64,000 bases of DNA from Epithemia pelagica (lineage: Eukaryota; Protista; Bacillariophyta). The notes below the pieces were generated by a model that worked only from the letters and a program-made list of their open reading frames with translations, was not told where the DNA came from and did not search any database. Numbering within the stretch: position 1 is the first letter of the stretch; each line of letters starts with the position of its first letter. The position numbers were made by a program, and so were the translations under genes. Shown here one piece after another: positions 43,344 to 56,882 of this stretch. Where the stretch lies: positions 2,046,001 through 2,110,000 of the forward strand of contig OX337237.1 of NCBI GenBank assembly GCA_946965045.2. The letters run 5' to 3'.

Positions 43344-44726
43344 TCAGACGGCTGTCTCAACCGCAACAGTTGATCCGGACGATGGAGACCATTTCTGGAT
43401 TACAAGCGCAGTTAAAATGATTAGAAGGGCAACCCAGCTGACAACAGGGATTTTTATTGGCTTCAAAGGGGTCGTACACATGCTCTCATTCGGTGATACT
43501 TCTTCTGTCTGTCTTTCGCGTTCCTTGCTATTACCATCTTTGGTCACACCGTCAATCCAGCGACAAACATCTTTAACCAGCTTTCGTGTCCGTTTGGACG
43601 AGATCTGCTGCTCTTCCCTAATTTGCAGTGTCAATTGGCGCGCCTCTTTCATTGTGGAAACAGATGGTGAGACGGGGTTTTCCGCCTTCAAAATCCGTCG
43701 TGTATCCTCCATTGCGAGGCCGTGCCGGCCTTTCCGAAGCCATGCCTTTGCACGTAACAGCAAAGCTGTAGCAACTAAATGGTTGTCATCTCTGGTATTC
43801 ACTCCATCGCCTTGTCCAAATTGTAGGTGGTAATAATATCCGATTACTTCCACAAGGGAACTGGACAAAACTGCAGAATTGAGAAAAGCTCCTGCTAGCG
43901 CTGGGTTGATCCGATGTGGTATGCGTTCGCCCTCCCTTTCACTCTCTTGACGCTCTGATCCAAGCCGAAGAAAGCAACGCGTCAAATTGAGCAATACCCT
44001 CATTTGAAATCTCAGTTGGTCTGCGGGAAGAATGGTCAAAATGTACTGCTTGTGGGTATCAAAAATCAATGTTTGTTCTTCTTCGTCGTCATTCAAACCA
44101 TTTGGAATCTGGGAGGGATCAAACGTGGCAAGAACGTTGATATCAATCGAAACAGAGCTCGTACTATCGCCAATCTTCTCAACGCAATCAACTTCGGCCA
44201 ACAACAGTTTCCATTGGTCTACGTTCTTCGATAAAACTTGAATCACAACGGTGCTTCCGACTTGGATGTTTGGAGAAGAATCTACGTTTAATGACCGATC
44301 GTAGAAGCTCACGGCAGATTCCTCGTCACCCAACTTTAAAAGCGTATCACCGTGAGATTTCAAATTCATCATTTCGTCCACTGACCGTTTCGCGGAATAT
44401 TTTTCCTCCTTTTCATAAGGTGCAATTTCAAACGGCTGAAGTGCCTGGAGCTGATTCAGTTCTACCGTCACTTCAACCTCAGACGTATCATACGCAGAAC
44501 AAGGTAAAGGAGACAATCTCGCATGCTTCCTGTCAGTGGATAGAGAGAATGAATCGGCCTCGGTTGGGGGCAACAACAGTACGCATGCCTCGTTCAATGA
44601 GAGTGTGGCAACAATTCCACGCCGACAATGCCGCTTGACGGAACGCGATGATAGAAGCGTCACTCGGACGGTCTCTCCGACTCGGAATGGAAAAGTGTGG
44701 GACTCTTGCTTGTTCGACATTGACAT
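43344..44726 (-). CDS. TPR-containing protein with predicted C-terminal tail anchor
   Basis: TPR-like helices LKSHGDTLLKLGDEESAVSFYDRSL, VLLNLTRCFLRL and ALLLRAKAWLRKGRHGLAMEDTRRIL. Hydrophobic VVSWVALLIILTALVI lies near the C-terminus. Confidence 0.7.
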   Translation of the reverse strand: MSMSNKQESHTFPFRVGETVRVTLLSSRSVKRHCRRGIVATLSLNEACVLLLPPTEADSFSLSTDRKHARLSPLPCSAYDTSEVEVTVELNQLQALQPFEIAPYEKEEKYSAKRSVDEMMNLKSHGDTLLKLGDEESAVSFYDRSLNVDSSPNIQVGSTVVIQVLSKNVDQWKLLLAEVDCVEKIGDSTSSVSIDINVLATFDPSQIPNGLNDDEEEQTLIFDTHKQYILTILPADQLRFQMRVLLNLTRCFLRLGSERQESEREGERIPHRINPALAGAFLNSAVLSSSLVEVIGYYYHLQFGQGDGVNTRDDNHLVATALLLRAKAWLRKGRHGLAMEDTRRILKAENPVSPSVSTMKEARQLTLQIREEQQISSKRTRKLVKDVCRWIDGVTKDGNSKERERQTEEVSPNESMCTTPLKPIKIPVVSWVALLIILTALVIQKWSPSSGSTVAVETAV

Positions 44727-45201
44727 TATACCTGCCTCTGTTCTCTGCTCCCGACACATCGACAACAAGAAACAAGGTATCGACAATCGAAATCCTCAGG
44801 ACAGGTCTTATCGAGGCGGAGTTATTGTCCGCATGTGGTCTGACGTGGAGCCTCAAAATTTTGTCTGTCTGTTGTCAGTGGTTTGAAGAGCAGTCCTCAA
44901 CAGATGGGAAATCCCTTTTCATACCAACTTCTTGCGGCAAAACTTGGCGATGATGCAGTAGAGTTCTTTATTGATACATTTCTGAGAGGGCGGGTCTAGC
45001 GGGGTAAGATTTACCATGCTATTTGAGTCCACCACCGTATGCCTCTCTCTTCATAACTTTATACGGGAAACTAGGCTTGATGGGGATATATGCACTCTCC
45101 ACTTCTGCCTGTAAAACTTTTGGGGTGAGTTCCGTGTCTCCATATTCGACGCACGTTAAAAAGTTGGAACTCTTTTTGTCACTCATTTTCTACCTACCAT
45201 C

Positions 45202-48200
45202 TTAAGGGCTTCGTCTTACAATTATCCAATATTTCGCCCACCACCCAGCGTCGTCAACACTTTTTTCGAGAAAGCCAACTTGATACCCAGGCATTGCTTC
45301 TGCAAATGTATCGCTGTTCTTAAAGGTTGCCAAGTTGCTCGTAAAACCATTCGTTTCTAGACTCATAAAAACGTTTCCACCTTGGGCAAGATTGGGTGAA
45401 ACACCCCACCCAAAGAAGAGAACACAGCCTCCTGCATGGAGAATACCTTGAACCGAATCAAATTCACTAGTTGGAATCGTGTAGCACGGGCTTCCTCCTT
45501 CTAAGAGTTTGGTGGATTTTATTTGGATTGGGCCTCCCGTGGCGTTGATCACCCCAACAACTAGACAACGCTTGGAGCTAAGTCCGGAGAAAAAATGACC
45601 CCAGTTGGTGATCAGCGACCAGGCTTCTTCGTCTAATGTCTTGAAATACGTCGTCGAATCGCTTCCCATCCGCTTCACTCTGGCAAAACATTGTTCCACG
45701 ATATCAATCTCATCTTTGATTGTGCTTTCTTGGCGGCTGCGCTCCACGTTACAGCTCCCAAATATGTGATTGACTTGTCGTGCCTTAACACCGGGTATCT
45801 GATGTCGAGAAAGGCTTTCGGACTTTGTTGACAGTAGAGCACTGTTTAACTCAGAAGAATTACCCTAAACGACAACGATTAGAATCAACAGTACAGGCTA
45901 GCAGCATTCGCATTCCAGACCGACTCACCATTTTCTCCGAGTGCATGGCCAAAAGATTGTACAAATCAGCCGCATCTTCTTTCGTTGCAACATGAAAAGT
46001 GTAACTCTTGAGTCCTGTTTTGCTGAACACAACTACCCGAACCCCTCCCTCAACCCGGCTGAAATGGCTGACCTCTTCCCAATTTGCACACCAAGGTTCC
46101 CTGGAACGGCGATCGATCGCCCACAAACATTGATGGCTCGCTATGATCAGATGGCTTGGAATCTGCAGATGACCGTAGTAAACGTCGTCCAAACTTTCGC
46201 CCCCCGTAACAATTTTCTGAGCTTTAGCCGCCCGTTCATCGTATGGAATCAAACGGACGCAGTTTGGTTTTTGCACAGACTGACTTGGGAGTGCTCGTCG
46301 GAGTCGCTTTGGGATTTTTGGAAGAACCTGCTTCGTACTGGTAGCATCAGACATGTGATTCATCACGAGAACCGCTGCATCGCCCATTCCCACAACAGGT
46401 TTCACAACCGCGCCCACAAGAGCTTTCCCGACTCCTTTCAAGAAACCAACCGGTCCATGTTTCGAAGCATACATAGCAGGTTGTTCTACAATTCCAAGTG
46501 CACCACTCCGAAAGCTCCTCGCGACACTGGCTCCTGCAAGATACAATGAATCTCCAAACGATCGCGTAGCAGTCCCTCGGCTTTGAGCATCAGTCAGAAG
46601 ACGTTGATGGGCCTTACGTTCATCGATGAACTCTTCATCAGCCGTGAGGCCGACAAGATTTGCATTGACCAACTCTGTCACGTTCGCGGCACCTCTGACC
46701 ACCCCAACGAAGACGCCTCGTGCAAGACTTTGTGTCCCCGCCTCAAGTCCCTCGATAAACTGCCGTGGTCCATGAACGGCCCCATTGATTGGCTCGTAAA
46801 AAAAATCACGAACACCGGTCCCAACGTTTGTTATAAAGTCAGCTGGAGCTGTAAGAATCGCGAGACTACCCAGGATTCCAAATATCTGTTTGGTCAACTG
46901 CGACGAATAATGCGTCAAAATAACTCGACCGAGCGCCTGAGGTGATTCAAAAACGTGACTGACAACAAAAGAAGTAAAAGTCAATGGCGCTTTCGCGATT
47001 GAGGCCTGAGTAATGATTAGGCGTTTTGTTCTTGGCAATGGTTCAATTTTGGGCAGAATTACGCTTACCATTCCTCGAATAAACTGGAATATCATCACTG
47101 ATTCTGCGCCAGAATCCCATTCCATCCATTCTTGCGTAAAGGTCAGACTTAGCCTCACTGGATGCAAATGCAGCTGAACGCGAAGTATAAGAATGAGAAA
47201 ATGTGGCTAAGCACCGTCGGTAACAGCCAATGCCTGTTTGCGTACCTGTTCGAAATATATCCTTCCGGAGTTAGTACTTTGAATAGCGTTTTCGGATCCT
47301 CCGGGAAGTCGCTCGGGGCCATATCGACTGCTCTCCATTTCTTCGGTGAGTCTTCTTGCCCAGATTGTAGGGTTGTCATGTTCCGCTTCTCTCTGAATAG
47401 TTAGAGGCTCTATGAACTTTGCTATTGTCTCAGCGGTCCGTCTGTCAAGAAATAAATCGACCTCCAGAAGACGAATTGCAGCATAGCGGAAAACGTATGT
47501 GTTGCTATGCATTTGAAGTCGTCGGACTGCCGACATGTGAAGATGAGGTTCGTTTTCATGCAAGGGAGGACAGAATATCTTCACCGACCAACCCGATATT
47601 AGAGGTGAAGTCCAGAGCAGAAAACGAAAGACAAGAAAACTTACCAGGACAGGGTGGATAGATTTATGTACATGATTGTCAACTTGGAAGGACATCAACC
47701 GTAGCTCAAACTCGTGGTAACCCTCTCTTGTTTGAGAGAAGGAAGTGGAGAGTTTGTCGAAATCTGCCAATAGAATCTCCCTTCCGTGAGATGAATGGTT
47801 GGAATTGTCAACAATACTGACGCTCACACCAGGAAGATTCATTCGTATACAAAAGCCAATATCTTCTTCGTCATCGGTATCTTCATGCAGCTCCTTCCCC
47901 GTCAGTACCCCTTCAGTTTTCAGCATCTCCTTATATTGAACCCCCCGGGTCTTCAGTGTGCTGAGTAAATGAGTGTCTGTCGCTGGTGATACTTCAGTGA
48001 ACTCTATAACCTTCGTTGAGTGTTCGGCTCCAATGTGGCATTTCACGTGTTTTCCTCCAGAACGTGCAAGAGTACTAGTCGAACCCATAGCGTCCACTTC
48101 GAGAAATGCTTTCGGACAATGTTCATCGAACTCCCGTGAGTCACTATTCACAAAAGTCCACTCAAGTATGTGAGGTTTCTCGGGATCATCGAAACCGAAA

Positions 48201-51200
48201 CAAACAACGTCGCCACTTCGTACGATCCAAACAAATTCCTCGATTCGATCAAGACCCAAGAACGACAAAATCATGGGACCGACGTCAGTGTGTCCGCAAT
48301 GGAAAATCTGCGATTTGTCACCACAAGCTTCGGCTAGAATTGGAGAATCTTCTTGATTGTCTGAGTCCCCTTTGTCTTCTTGAAGTGGTTGTCTACAAAG
48401 AATCGTATACGGCGTTGTGTTGCGTAAGGAGTAGAGCGGATTATGCATCTTTTCATTGGCGGACCAAACCACTATTACAACTGCAGAGGGTTGTTCTTTG
48501 CTCGCGAGGCGCACCTCCATTTCAATCACCATGGGTATTTTTGTCAAATTGTTGTCCGTAGGAATGCGCAACGAAGAAATCCCCACACGATCAAGCCTGA
48601 CAAGTCCATTTGACCATCGACTCCCTTTCTGCTGGAGGTTAGAGTCTCCCTGGAACGGCGTGCTTAAACGAACCTTGGGCGGTAATCCACCTTTGTCTCG
48701 GTGAAAAGGAATGGCAGATTGTGAAGGAATCAGGATGGAAGCTTCCAGGCATCCCTCTTGCGCTACCACGAGTTCACGATGGAGCAGGTTCACAATTTGA
48801 TATCGAGGTACTAGTGTGATCAGTCGGGTGCGTGAAAATATCCCTGGGCACACATTCACACTGATAGCTAGCTCAAAGCAACGTGTTCCTCCATGTTCGT
48901 CAACCGAAATAATTGTTTTGGGCATGACATTAGATATGTCGATGGGATTTACCCATCTGGATCGTGGACCGGAGTTATGCTTCGTTTCTGATCCTCTGGT
49001 TTCCCTCTCAATAGAAAAGGTAAGCTTTTCTCGTTTCGAGAAGTAAAGTGACATTCCTTTCTCTCCCATGGACCACTGGTATCCAGGAATGGTTTTGTCC
49101 TTCCGGATCATCGAATCTCGGGCGTCATTTACAAGAAGATGGGTCCTTCGTGAAGTTTCTTTGTCTGGTACGGTACCGAGAATATCCTCAAAGCCTTCGG
49201 CAAAATGACAGCCGAACCCTGACTTATCCAGTATCCAAAACTGTGAATACAAACGAACTGTTGGGCAATGTCCACATTCGACACTCATAATAACCAACAA
49301 TGGATCTCCTGACTTTGTCCATCGTTCAAAATGTACGATAGACTTATATTCATCAGCAAAATCTGCGTCGTTCCTGGGTGTGAAATGCCAGTCTTCCTCG
49401 TCCTCTGACGGGCGCCAAGTCTCTGTACTATGCCTTCGATTGATGATTCTCTGCCAAAGCGACCACTTGTAGCCCGGGACTCTAAATGACACGTGAGGCT
49501 TTCTCCAGGGGTTGACGGCTGTAAACGTCCCTTCTTTACCGCATTCTATCGACATTCTTTCCGTCATAGTGATTGGTCGTCCTTTCAACCCAATCGTAGG
49601 TTTTACATCTGGGTTTCTCGTGTCGCTTTTATCCAATTTCTCGCCGACCTGACATTCAAACTGACATGGAAGTAGATTCAGAATTCGAAGAACAGGCTCT
49701 ACAATCACGTCTACAATTCCTCGTTTGCTACGAATCTCCACAAGAAAGTGAAGGACTGTTCCGGATACATCCCCGAGATTCATCGATGTCCTGACGAAAT
49801 TGGAGGACGTTGGGCTCGTGGGAAGAATCACGACTTCCTCGCTGCATCCGGATTCGTCTTCGTGTACGGAAATTTGTCCACTTGAGCACGATCTTCCAAT
49901 TTTCATGTAAATGGCATTTGCCAAAGTCACTGGAACGTTAATATGGGACCCAGGTTCAGCTGTGCCGACGGCCATGTCTTCAGACCAAGAGGGACCACAA
50001 AGGAAAAAGGCAAGAGATCCAGCCGTCGAGTTGATGATCCGCAGGTGGCTGCGAATAACAACACACACATTGCCTTGGTTGTCCGTTGCTGGATCCCAAA
50101 CGAATCGCAATAGTCGATGAGGGTCATCCAACTTTGGAGGTACCACCATACGAGTCCTCGTCCACCGTCTCCTTCTACAAAGACCGCCACGTTCATAGTC
50201 CCTTCGGTTGCGAGTAAAACTTTCAAAATCAGTTTGGTATTCCCATCCGTCGGCGTCAGTCGATTCTCCAAGTTTTCCACTTAAGTCGACGGTCCAATCA
50301 TTGGCCCACATCCAGTCACTGTCCGGAAGCATTACCCGCTCGGGTGTCATTCGAAGTGAACATGTCATGTCCGTCCATTCTGGTGTTTCATTCTGGTATG
50401 GTTTTACCCAATAGCTTTTAGGCACAGCGCCATCCATTCCAGGACTCCGCGGGGAGGCTGGAGGTTGAATGCCCGGTGATTCTGGTCCCTGAGCTCCTGC
50501 TCTAAATGCAGGACTTTCTGTGTGTACATCATCAGCAGGTGACCATACACTTCCAGAAAGAAGGTCACAACCCTTCGGTATACTGTATACATCAGATGCG
50601 AAAGAGCTGAGTCTTTGGTTATGCATGCAAAACTCAACTACAGGTTCTGCAGAGAGGGCGAGGCCAGTTGTTGAAGACTCCTCGGTGAAAACTGTTTCTT
50701 GACTACTCTGCCCAAAGTCCGACTGCGCTGTGATTATTGGTCGCAGTAAGTACAAACGGGCCTCTTGTTTGGTGCCAGGACGGACAGGAAGGTCAAATAC
50801 ACTTTCACGATCTCCAATTTCGTCCACGGCTGATGCAGCCACCCGTACGCTGAACGATATCTCGCTCTCCGAAGATCCAAGCGCTTCAACCGTTTGTGTA
50901 GTGCCGTTTGAAATCAAACCAGATTCCGGAGAGAATGGAGTTGAATCAGGAACTACATGAAGATCGAAACCAGACAAGTTTTTCACCTTTATTGATGGAG
51001 CTTCCGTTGCACGACGAAGGCCGACAGTCGATAACACAGATGGTTTCAGTGCGACGCCGTCTTCGTATGACTTGCCTGATGGTCGGTCTTGGTTGAAATC
51101 AAATTTCATGTCTGCAAACTCACGAAGAAGTACCCCAGTAAGGTTAAGTTGGATGACGTTTCCTCCTTCAAGATGAAGGACGAGCTCATTGGGCATTTGG

Positions 51201-54200
51201 TCAACCTCCACGGATACTTGTACAGGTTCCATGGCATACTCCCAGACAGACGCATCCGTGTTGAAGAAGTTGATAGAAAGTTGAGCAGAAGTTTCACCAG
51301 AAAGTGCCGACATGCAACCTTCAAAACGACCCTTGAGATCACTGAGACAAAAATCCAGAAACTCCGGAGACCCCAGATAAGACTTGTAGGCTTTCAGGAG
51401 AACAAAAGAAACGGCGAGAATTTCAATCCGTATTGCCGTTGCAATGCCAGTGCCTTTCTTTTGGTATCGCAAAAAGGATGAAAGAGAACGCACAGTGCCG
51501 TCACGTGAGGAGGCTTCTTTACGTTCAGGTCTTGAAATTTCTTTTAACCGGTCAATCATGCTGCGACTAATGTTTGACATAATGGTGAAATCATTCGGTG
51601 TCAGACAAATCTTAAGGGCTTCGCAGTCGAGAGAAACATCCTGGGAAATGACACAACCGAGATTTTCTGTCATGTAAACTACCCGAAATTCGGCACCAGT
51701 AGGTCCAATCATCGGAGGAACTTCCGCAGGTGATACAACTTCAAACTCTGTGTTTACCAGCGAGGAAGCATTGTCGATGCTTATGTGAAGAGTTTCACTG
51801 CCCGTTCCATCAAAATTTTCAATGCTTTGGAACATCACCAAAGCACTTGACAGAACCTGGATCACAGCAAATGAAGGTTGATTATTTCGTTGAATTGGAG
51901 ACCCAAAAATGGCTCCAGTGGGTCGGCCCGCCAACAAGGTACTTTCGTTCAAGGTTACTCGAAAGAGGATACTAGAGTCCGAAGGAGCTTTAAGAGAAGC
52001 ATGACTCGTCCTACCCGCTAGGCCCATTCCAGACGAAATGGGGAGGGAGTTCTGGTGAAGACTACCAAAAATGTTTGACTGTCCTTCCGACGAGACCACA
52101 CTATCAGTATTCTCGTCACGCGCTGTCAAAGAGAAATCGTATATTAGATTCTGCATCGCACCACTTACATAATAAAATATCTCTTACCTCCGAGCATCGA
52201 GTCACGTTGTCGAGCTTTCCGTCCCTCCTCGTGGACTTTTCGTTCCATTTCTCTCGTAGCGAGCTGCGTCACTTCAGCAACTCTCCGAAACGCTTTTACG
52301 CAGTCTTTCAGTGTTGTTGTTGTGACTCGTAATACCACCGAGTCAATATCTACCTCGACTTCATCCAAATGATTTTTGCCATCATGAAGTAATGATGCAC
52401 GGAGAACGGGTCCGGTGGGTCCATGTCCAGCGTAGTCGGGTTCCTCAACACTGCTTCGAACCAGGATGCGATACTGAGAGTCCACCACATCTCTCCTTTT
52501 CCGAAGGGGAGCGTAACTGGCGCCGTCACGTAGTCGAAGAATAGATGCATCCTGCGCAGAAAGCCTTGTCACAGCAATAAGCCCATGGCTGGTCCGGTTC
52601 ATCGCGATTTCATCAATTTCTACCAGATATGCTCGAATTGGAGGGGAAGAGTCATGAAGCGAGTCTAGCGATGCCATGCTTCGATCGCAGTCTTCATTCC
52701 TTCGCTTTGAGTGGCCTTCAATAGCGATCTCAACCTTTTCCACGTTGACGGAGACTTGTTGAGTACGATCAACCACGGGTTGCCAGACATGCCCGTTGCT
52801 TGTGTTCATCGGCTCAGCAGTTTCCCGACGTGTTTCACGACGCCGTGACATTCGAGCAACGCTGCGTGCATACCATTTCCCCAATGCACGAGCCAATACC
52901 TCTGCATCCACCAAGTTCAAGCAAATAGGACTAACTCGAATGACAGTAGTCCGCAAGGGCACTTTTTGAACCTGAAAACACGCGTCCAAATTCTTGTCGT
53001 TGATGTCAGTGTATGTTTGAGCATCAATCCTCACGTTAAATGGACGAATAATTGACGTGTCTGCTCCAATCGTACTTTGACCATTCCAAAGCAGAAAATC
53101 ACCAGAGCTACTTCCAATGTTGGGGAAACCCCGGACATTTCGCACAAAGTTAGCCTGGAAAGCATTCGCACTAAAATTCACCGTCATATCTGTCTCTCCC
53201 TCTTGTTTCTCGCCTTTGAGGCGAACCGCACCTGCATCGAGTACGAGAACGCCAGATTCTTGCTCATAAGTAGATGAGACAATTGGAATCCATATTTTTG
53301 GAGCCATGATATTCAGGTGGATTGCCCGTGACCCCGGTTGTATTAGTGCCAATTGTGCTTTCCGCGCAAGAGGTGTGGCAGCATTTCGCATTCTTTGCCC
53401 AAGATCAGGATTTGTTTCGTGGAATCGTTGAATTCCATCCATAAAAGTATTCGTCCAAAGAAACGTTGCTGGGTGAGAAGATATGGAAATTTTATGCGTC
53501 GAAGCGTGCATCCCAGCCACTACTCGGCAAACAACACCGGGTGGTGGTAGATCTAAGAACGTCGATGCCACTTTCAGATCAGGCTTTGCTTCCATATCGG
53601 AATGGACCGGTCCACCTCGTAACAAAGATAGAATGGTTGGAACTCCTTCGTTGGTCGATTCCTCGTGTTGCGACAGGCTCATCGAAGAGAGAGATCTTTC
53701 ACTACCATCCTGGAAGTTCAGTTTGTACGGAAAGTGTTCATCTAGCTCAGTCAGAATATCATCGTCATCTGATTTCACGTAGAGTATCCGTTGATCGCCG
53801 TGCACAATATCGCTTTGTGTTATATCGAAGCAGAGATCACGCTTCCCTCGACCAAATGATCTAACGTTTCCTCTTGCCTTCATCTGTAGACTAGCCAAAT
53901 GGATGTCGTTCACCAACATGCTCACATTCAAACTGATATCGTGGAATCTCCAATCAATGAACCATACTTTGTTGCCCAAGCGGAGGGTCATTGCTTGAGT
54001 CAAGGATACTTGTTGCTGTTGCGATGTAAATTCTGGTGCAGCGGTCATCTCAGTTGTTTGTTCCCCACGATTCTGTTGGAACGAGTCTTCCTCGTCTTCC
54101 GAGCCACTGCTGTTATTTGCCGCAGTGGAACCGCCCAGTTCGTCGTCGATTGAGCTGAATGTGAACTCGCCAGCAGATCCACGAGAATCTTTTCTTCTGT

Positions 54201-56110
54201 GTTTCTTCTTCAGGAAGCGAAATCTCCCCAAACCACGTGATTTCTGTTTTTCTTTGGGTTGTTTCTCATGTTTTCGCGTCTGATATAATTTTCGAAGAGC
54301 TATCAGATGGAAGCTTTGCAAGGCTTCAAGAGGAAGGAGCTCTTCTAACGACAGCAACTCTTCCGATTCAGCGTCGGACAAACCAGCATGGAAGCCATTG
54401 TTGCCACTTGCAACGATCGAATTACCCGATATACGATGCTTGTTTTTTCTTTGGACAAGTTCGATGTACCGAGAGCGGTTCTGACAGATAACGAGAATGT
54501 CCTTCCATGGACGGGAAGTCGGTCTGGCCGTTACGCAGCCAATGGCATATTGCCACCATGCCCTGGGATTTTCCTTCGGTGTGTCCTGTGGACGTTGTCG
54601 CAACATAGTGTCGAATCGCTGTTGACGTTGAATTGCTGCACGCAGTAAATTGTATTGTTTGTATTGATGAGGTCTTAAAGAAAAGTCCCAGTGAAAAGGA
54701 ACAACATCTGCAGAGCAGGATATTGGACCAGGTGAAGTTCGATCACTTGCGCGAACACGAATTTCAGCATCTAGGTCTTTGCAAACATATACGTGTGGAT
54801 AAGTTGCCGAAGTTGTATCGTCCAAAAGAGCAGAAGGAGGTGGTGCACCCAGTGACTGGCGAATTGCTCCACCTGGCTCTTGCTGACGAGAGAGTGATTC
54901 CATGGCAGCTGCGACCCGGGATCTCCATTTGTCGGCAGACAGTTTTTGCTTCTGGCTGCGACATCCTTTCATTAGGTCAGTTTCGGCCAACAGTATCGGT
55001 GGTCCTTGATCCCAGTACATACTGAGTTTGGAAAAATATCCAATCTTATTATTCTTGACAACATAGGGGTTGGGACCAAGGTTGCCCCTTACAGACGACA
55101 TTTGCGAACCATCGAGTGGATTTTTCGTGTCGTGACTTCCTGCTTTCCACTCTTCATTGGCGGTTCGAACAACCAGAGACTCCAACGTAAAACCAAACGA
55201 GAAAGCGTGTTCTTCAAGTAAAAGCTCCCCTTGATGCTCAACGTCACTCTTCGCGGTTTCATCCTTTCGTTGAGGGGCATCGTGGTTGAAATCAAGACCC
55301 CGCTCAGGTACCTCCACCCGAATATGAACGTCGTACATGCTTGCTTCCATGTTTCGCATCATTTTCTCTCTTATCTTGACCTTCCAATCACGTGGTAATT
55401 CCGGAAGATCATTGCCATCTGTATGAAAGAGCCATTCTTCACTTTCTTTGTCCTCGAAAAGAAGGCTTTCCTCACCGTCCGCGTGGGTATTTTGGCCCTG
55501 GTGTTGCTTCTTTTTGAGCATATCTCTTTTGACCTCTTCCACAGCTCTTTGAACCCGCTTCATTGGAGGTCCTCCTTCCTCTGCATATCGTCCGTTCCAA
55601 AAATTTCTTTCCAATCTGGAGAGTAGTAATCTCTTCAACCGAGTTTTCAGCGCACATTGGGGATCCATTTTCGTTCCGGCGCCATATTTCTTGTGAGCTG
55701 TCAAGGGAACCAACGGAACGCACACCATGTGAACTCCTTCCAAAATCATCTTGGACGACTCTTGTTCGAGTTTATTCCACGGAATGATTACATTGATTGA
55801 CTGCACCGAGCATGAAAGAACTCCAAAGGATGTTGATTGCAGCCCAACGGCATTTAGAACATGTGAACCAATCATGTCTCCATCAAGTTGTACATTTTCA
55901 AGCTTGACACGACCACGCAACGCAGCAATTTTCAAATTCTCTTTGGACATATTAAGAATATACTCTCCAAAGAGTTCTTCCATTCCTGTTGACAAAGCGG
56001 TGTAAAGATCAACATGTGAGCGACGAATCTCTTCATTGGAAGAAAACAAAAGGCGGCAACATCGTGAGATGATGTTTTTTCTCACCGGCGATGACCACCT
56101 GCTTCGCCAT
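45202..56110 (-). CDS. VPS13: VPS13-family bridge-like lipid transfer protein (~3500 aa). Predicted exons 56110-56086, 55985-52188, 52122-47246 (possible in-frame intron 47644-47579), 47173-45929 and 45864-45202
   Basis: Spliced N-terminus MAKQVVIAGMEELFGEYILNMSKENLKIAALRGRVKLENVQL is Chorein_N-like. DysF/peroxin-like WMWANDW..DGWEY..RRRRWTR; VAB-type repeats; LHLHPVRLSLTF and ATG_C-like GVRDFFYEP..GFLKGVGKALVGAVVKPV; then a PH-like region. GT-AG introns of 100, 65, 72 and 64 nt restore frame at each ORF break. Confidence 0.93.
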
Positions 56111-56882
56111 GGTTTCAGAACGATCTGATTAGGTTTCGAAATACTGTGAAATAGAGCAATTGCCAGCTTGCTTTCATATGTTCATAGCGTTATCGGTAAA
56201 TTTCATGGTCTAACAACGATGTTGAGATGAAAACTCGGCACAAAGATGAGAAGACGAGCCGACAGCCTCGACTCCCATTGACTTAGGAGTTTCGTAACGG
56301 AAAACAATTTGCCGTTAAAAAGAAAACTTGTCACTACTTCGCGTCACGGCTCGTCGCAGCTCACCGCGCTTCACGACGAAGTGCTACATTTCATTGGATT
56401 GCGACCAACAAAAGGATTTATCATTTAACGGTAAATAACGCTTACACGCTCACTGTTTAGCAACTTATGGGAATGCATGTTTTTATGGCCACCATGGGCT
56501 GTTGGAGGCTGTTGGACATGCGGAACGGTTGACCCTGAGGATTCGTCCTGCTGGAAGAATGCGGCAAACTCTTTTGGGTCCGTGGGGTTCAGAAGTTGCG
56601 CGGACAGGTCAAGTGTTTCGGATGATTGCCGAATACAGATGCCCTGGCTAATACGGGATGGTTGCGGTATTAAGTTGACAGAACCAGTTATGTGCTGATT
56701 GGGAACGAAAGGACGACCAACAAATGGCTCTAGCCCTTCTCGTACCGTATAAGCTGCCGACACTGATGAGCTAGCACTACCGTGAGCATCACTTTGACTC
56801 ACAGGACAAGCCCCCGGAGACGACTGAGATAGCGCCTTAACATGGCCTGGAGTGCCTCCTTCACCTTGCCCTGCATTATTGC

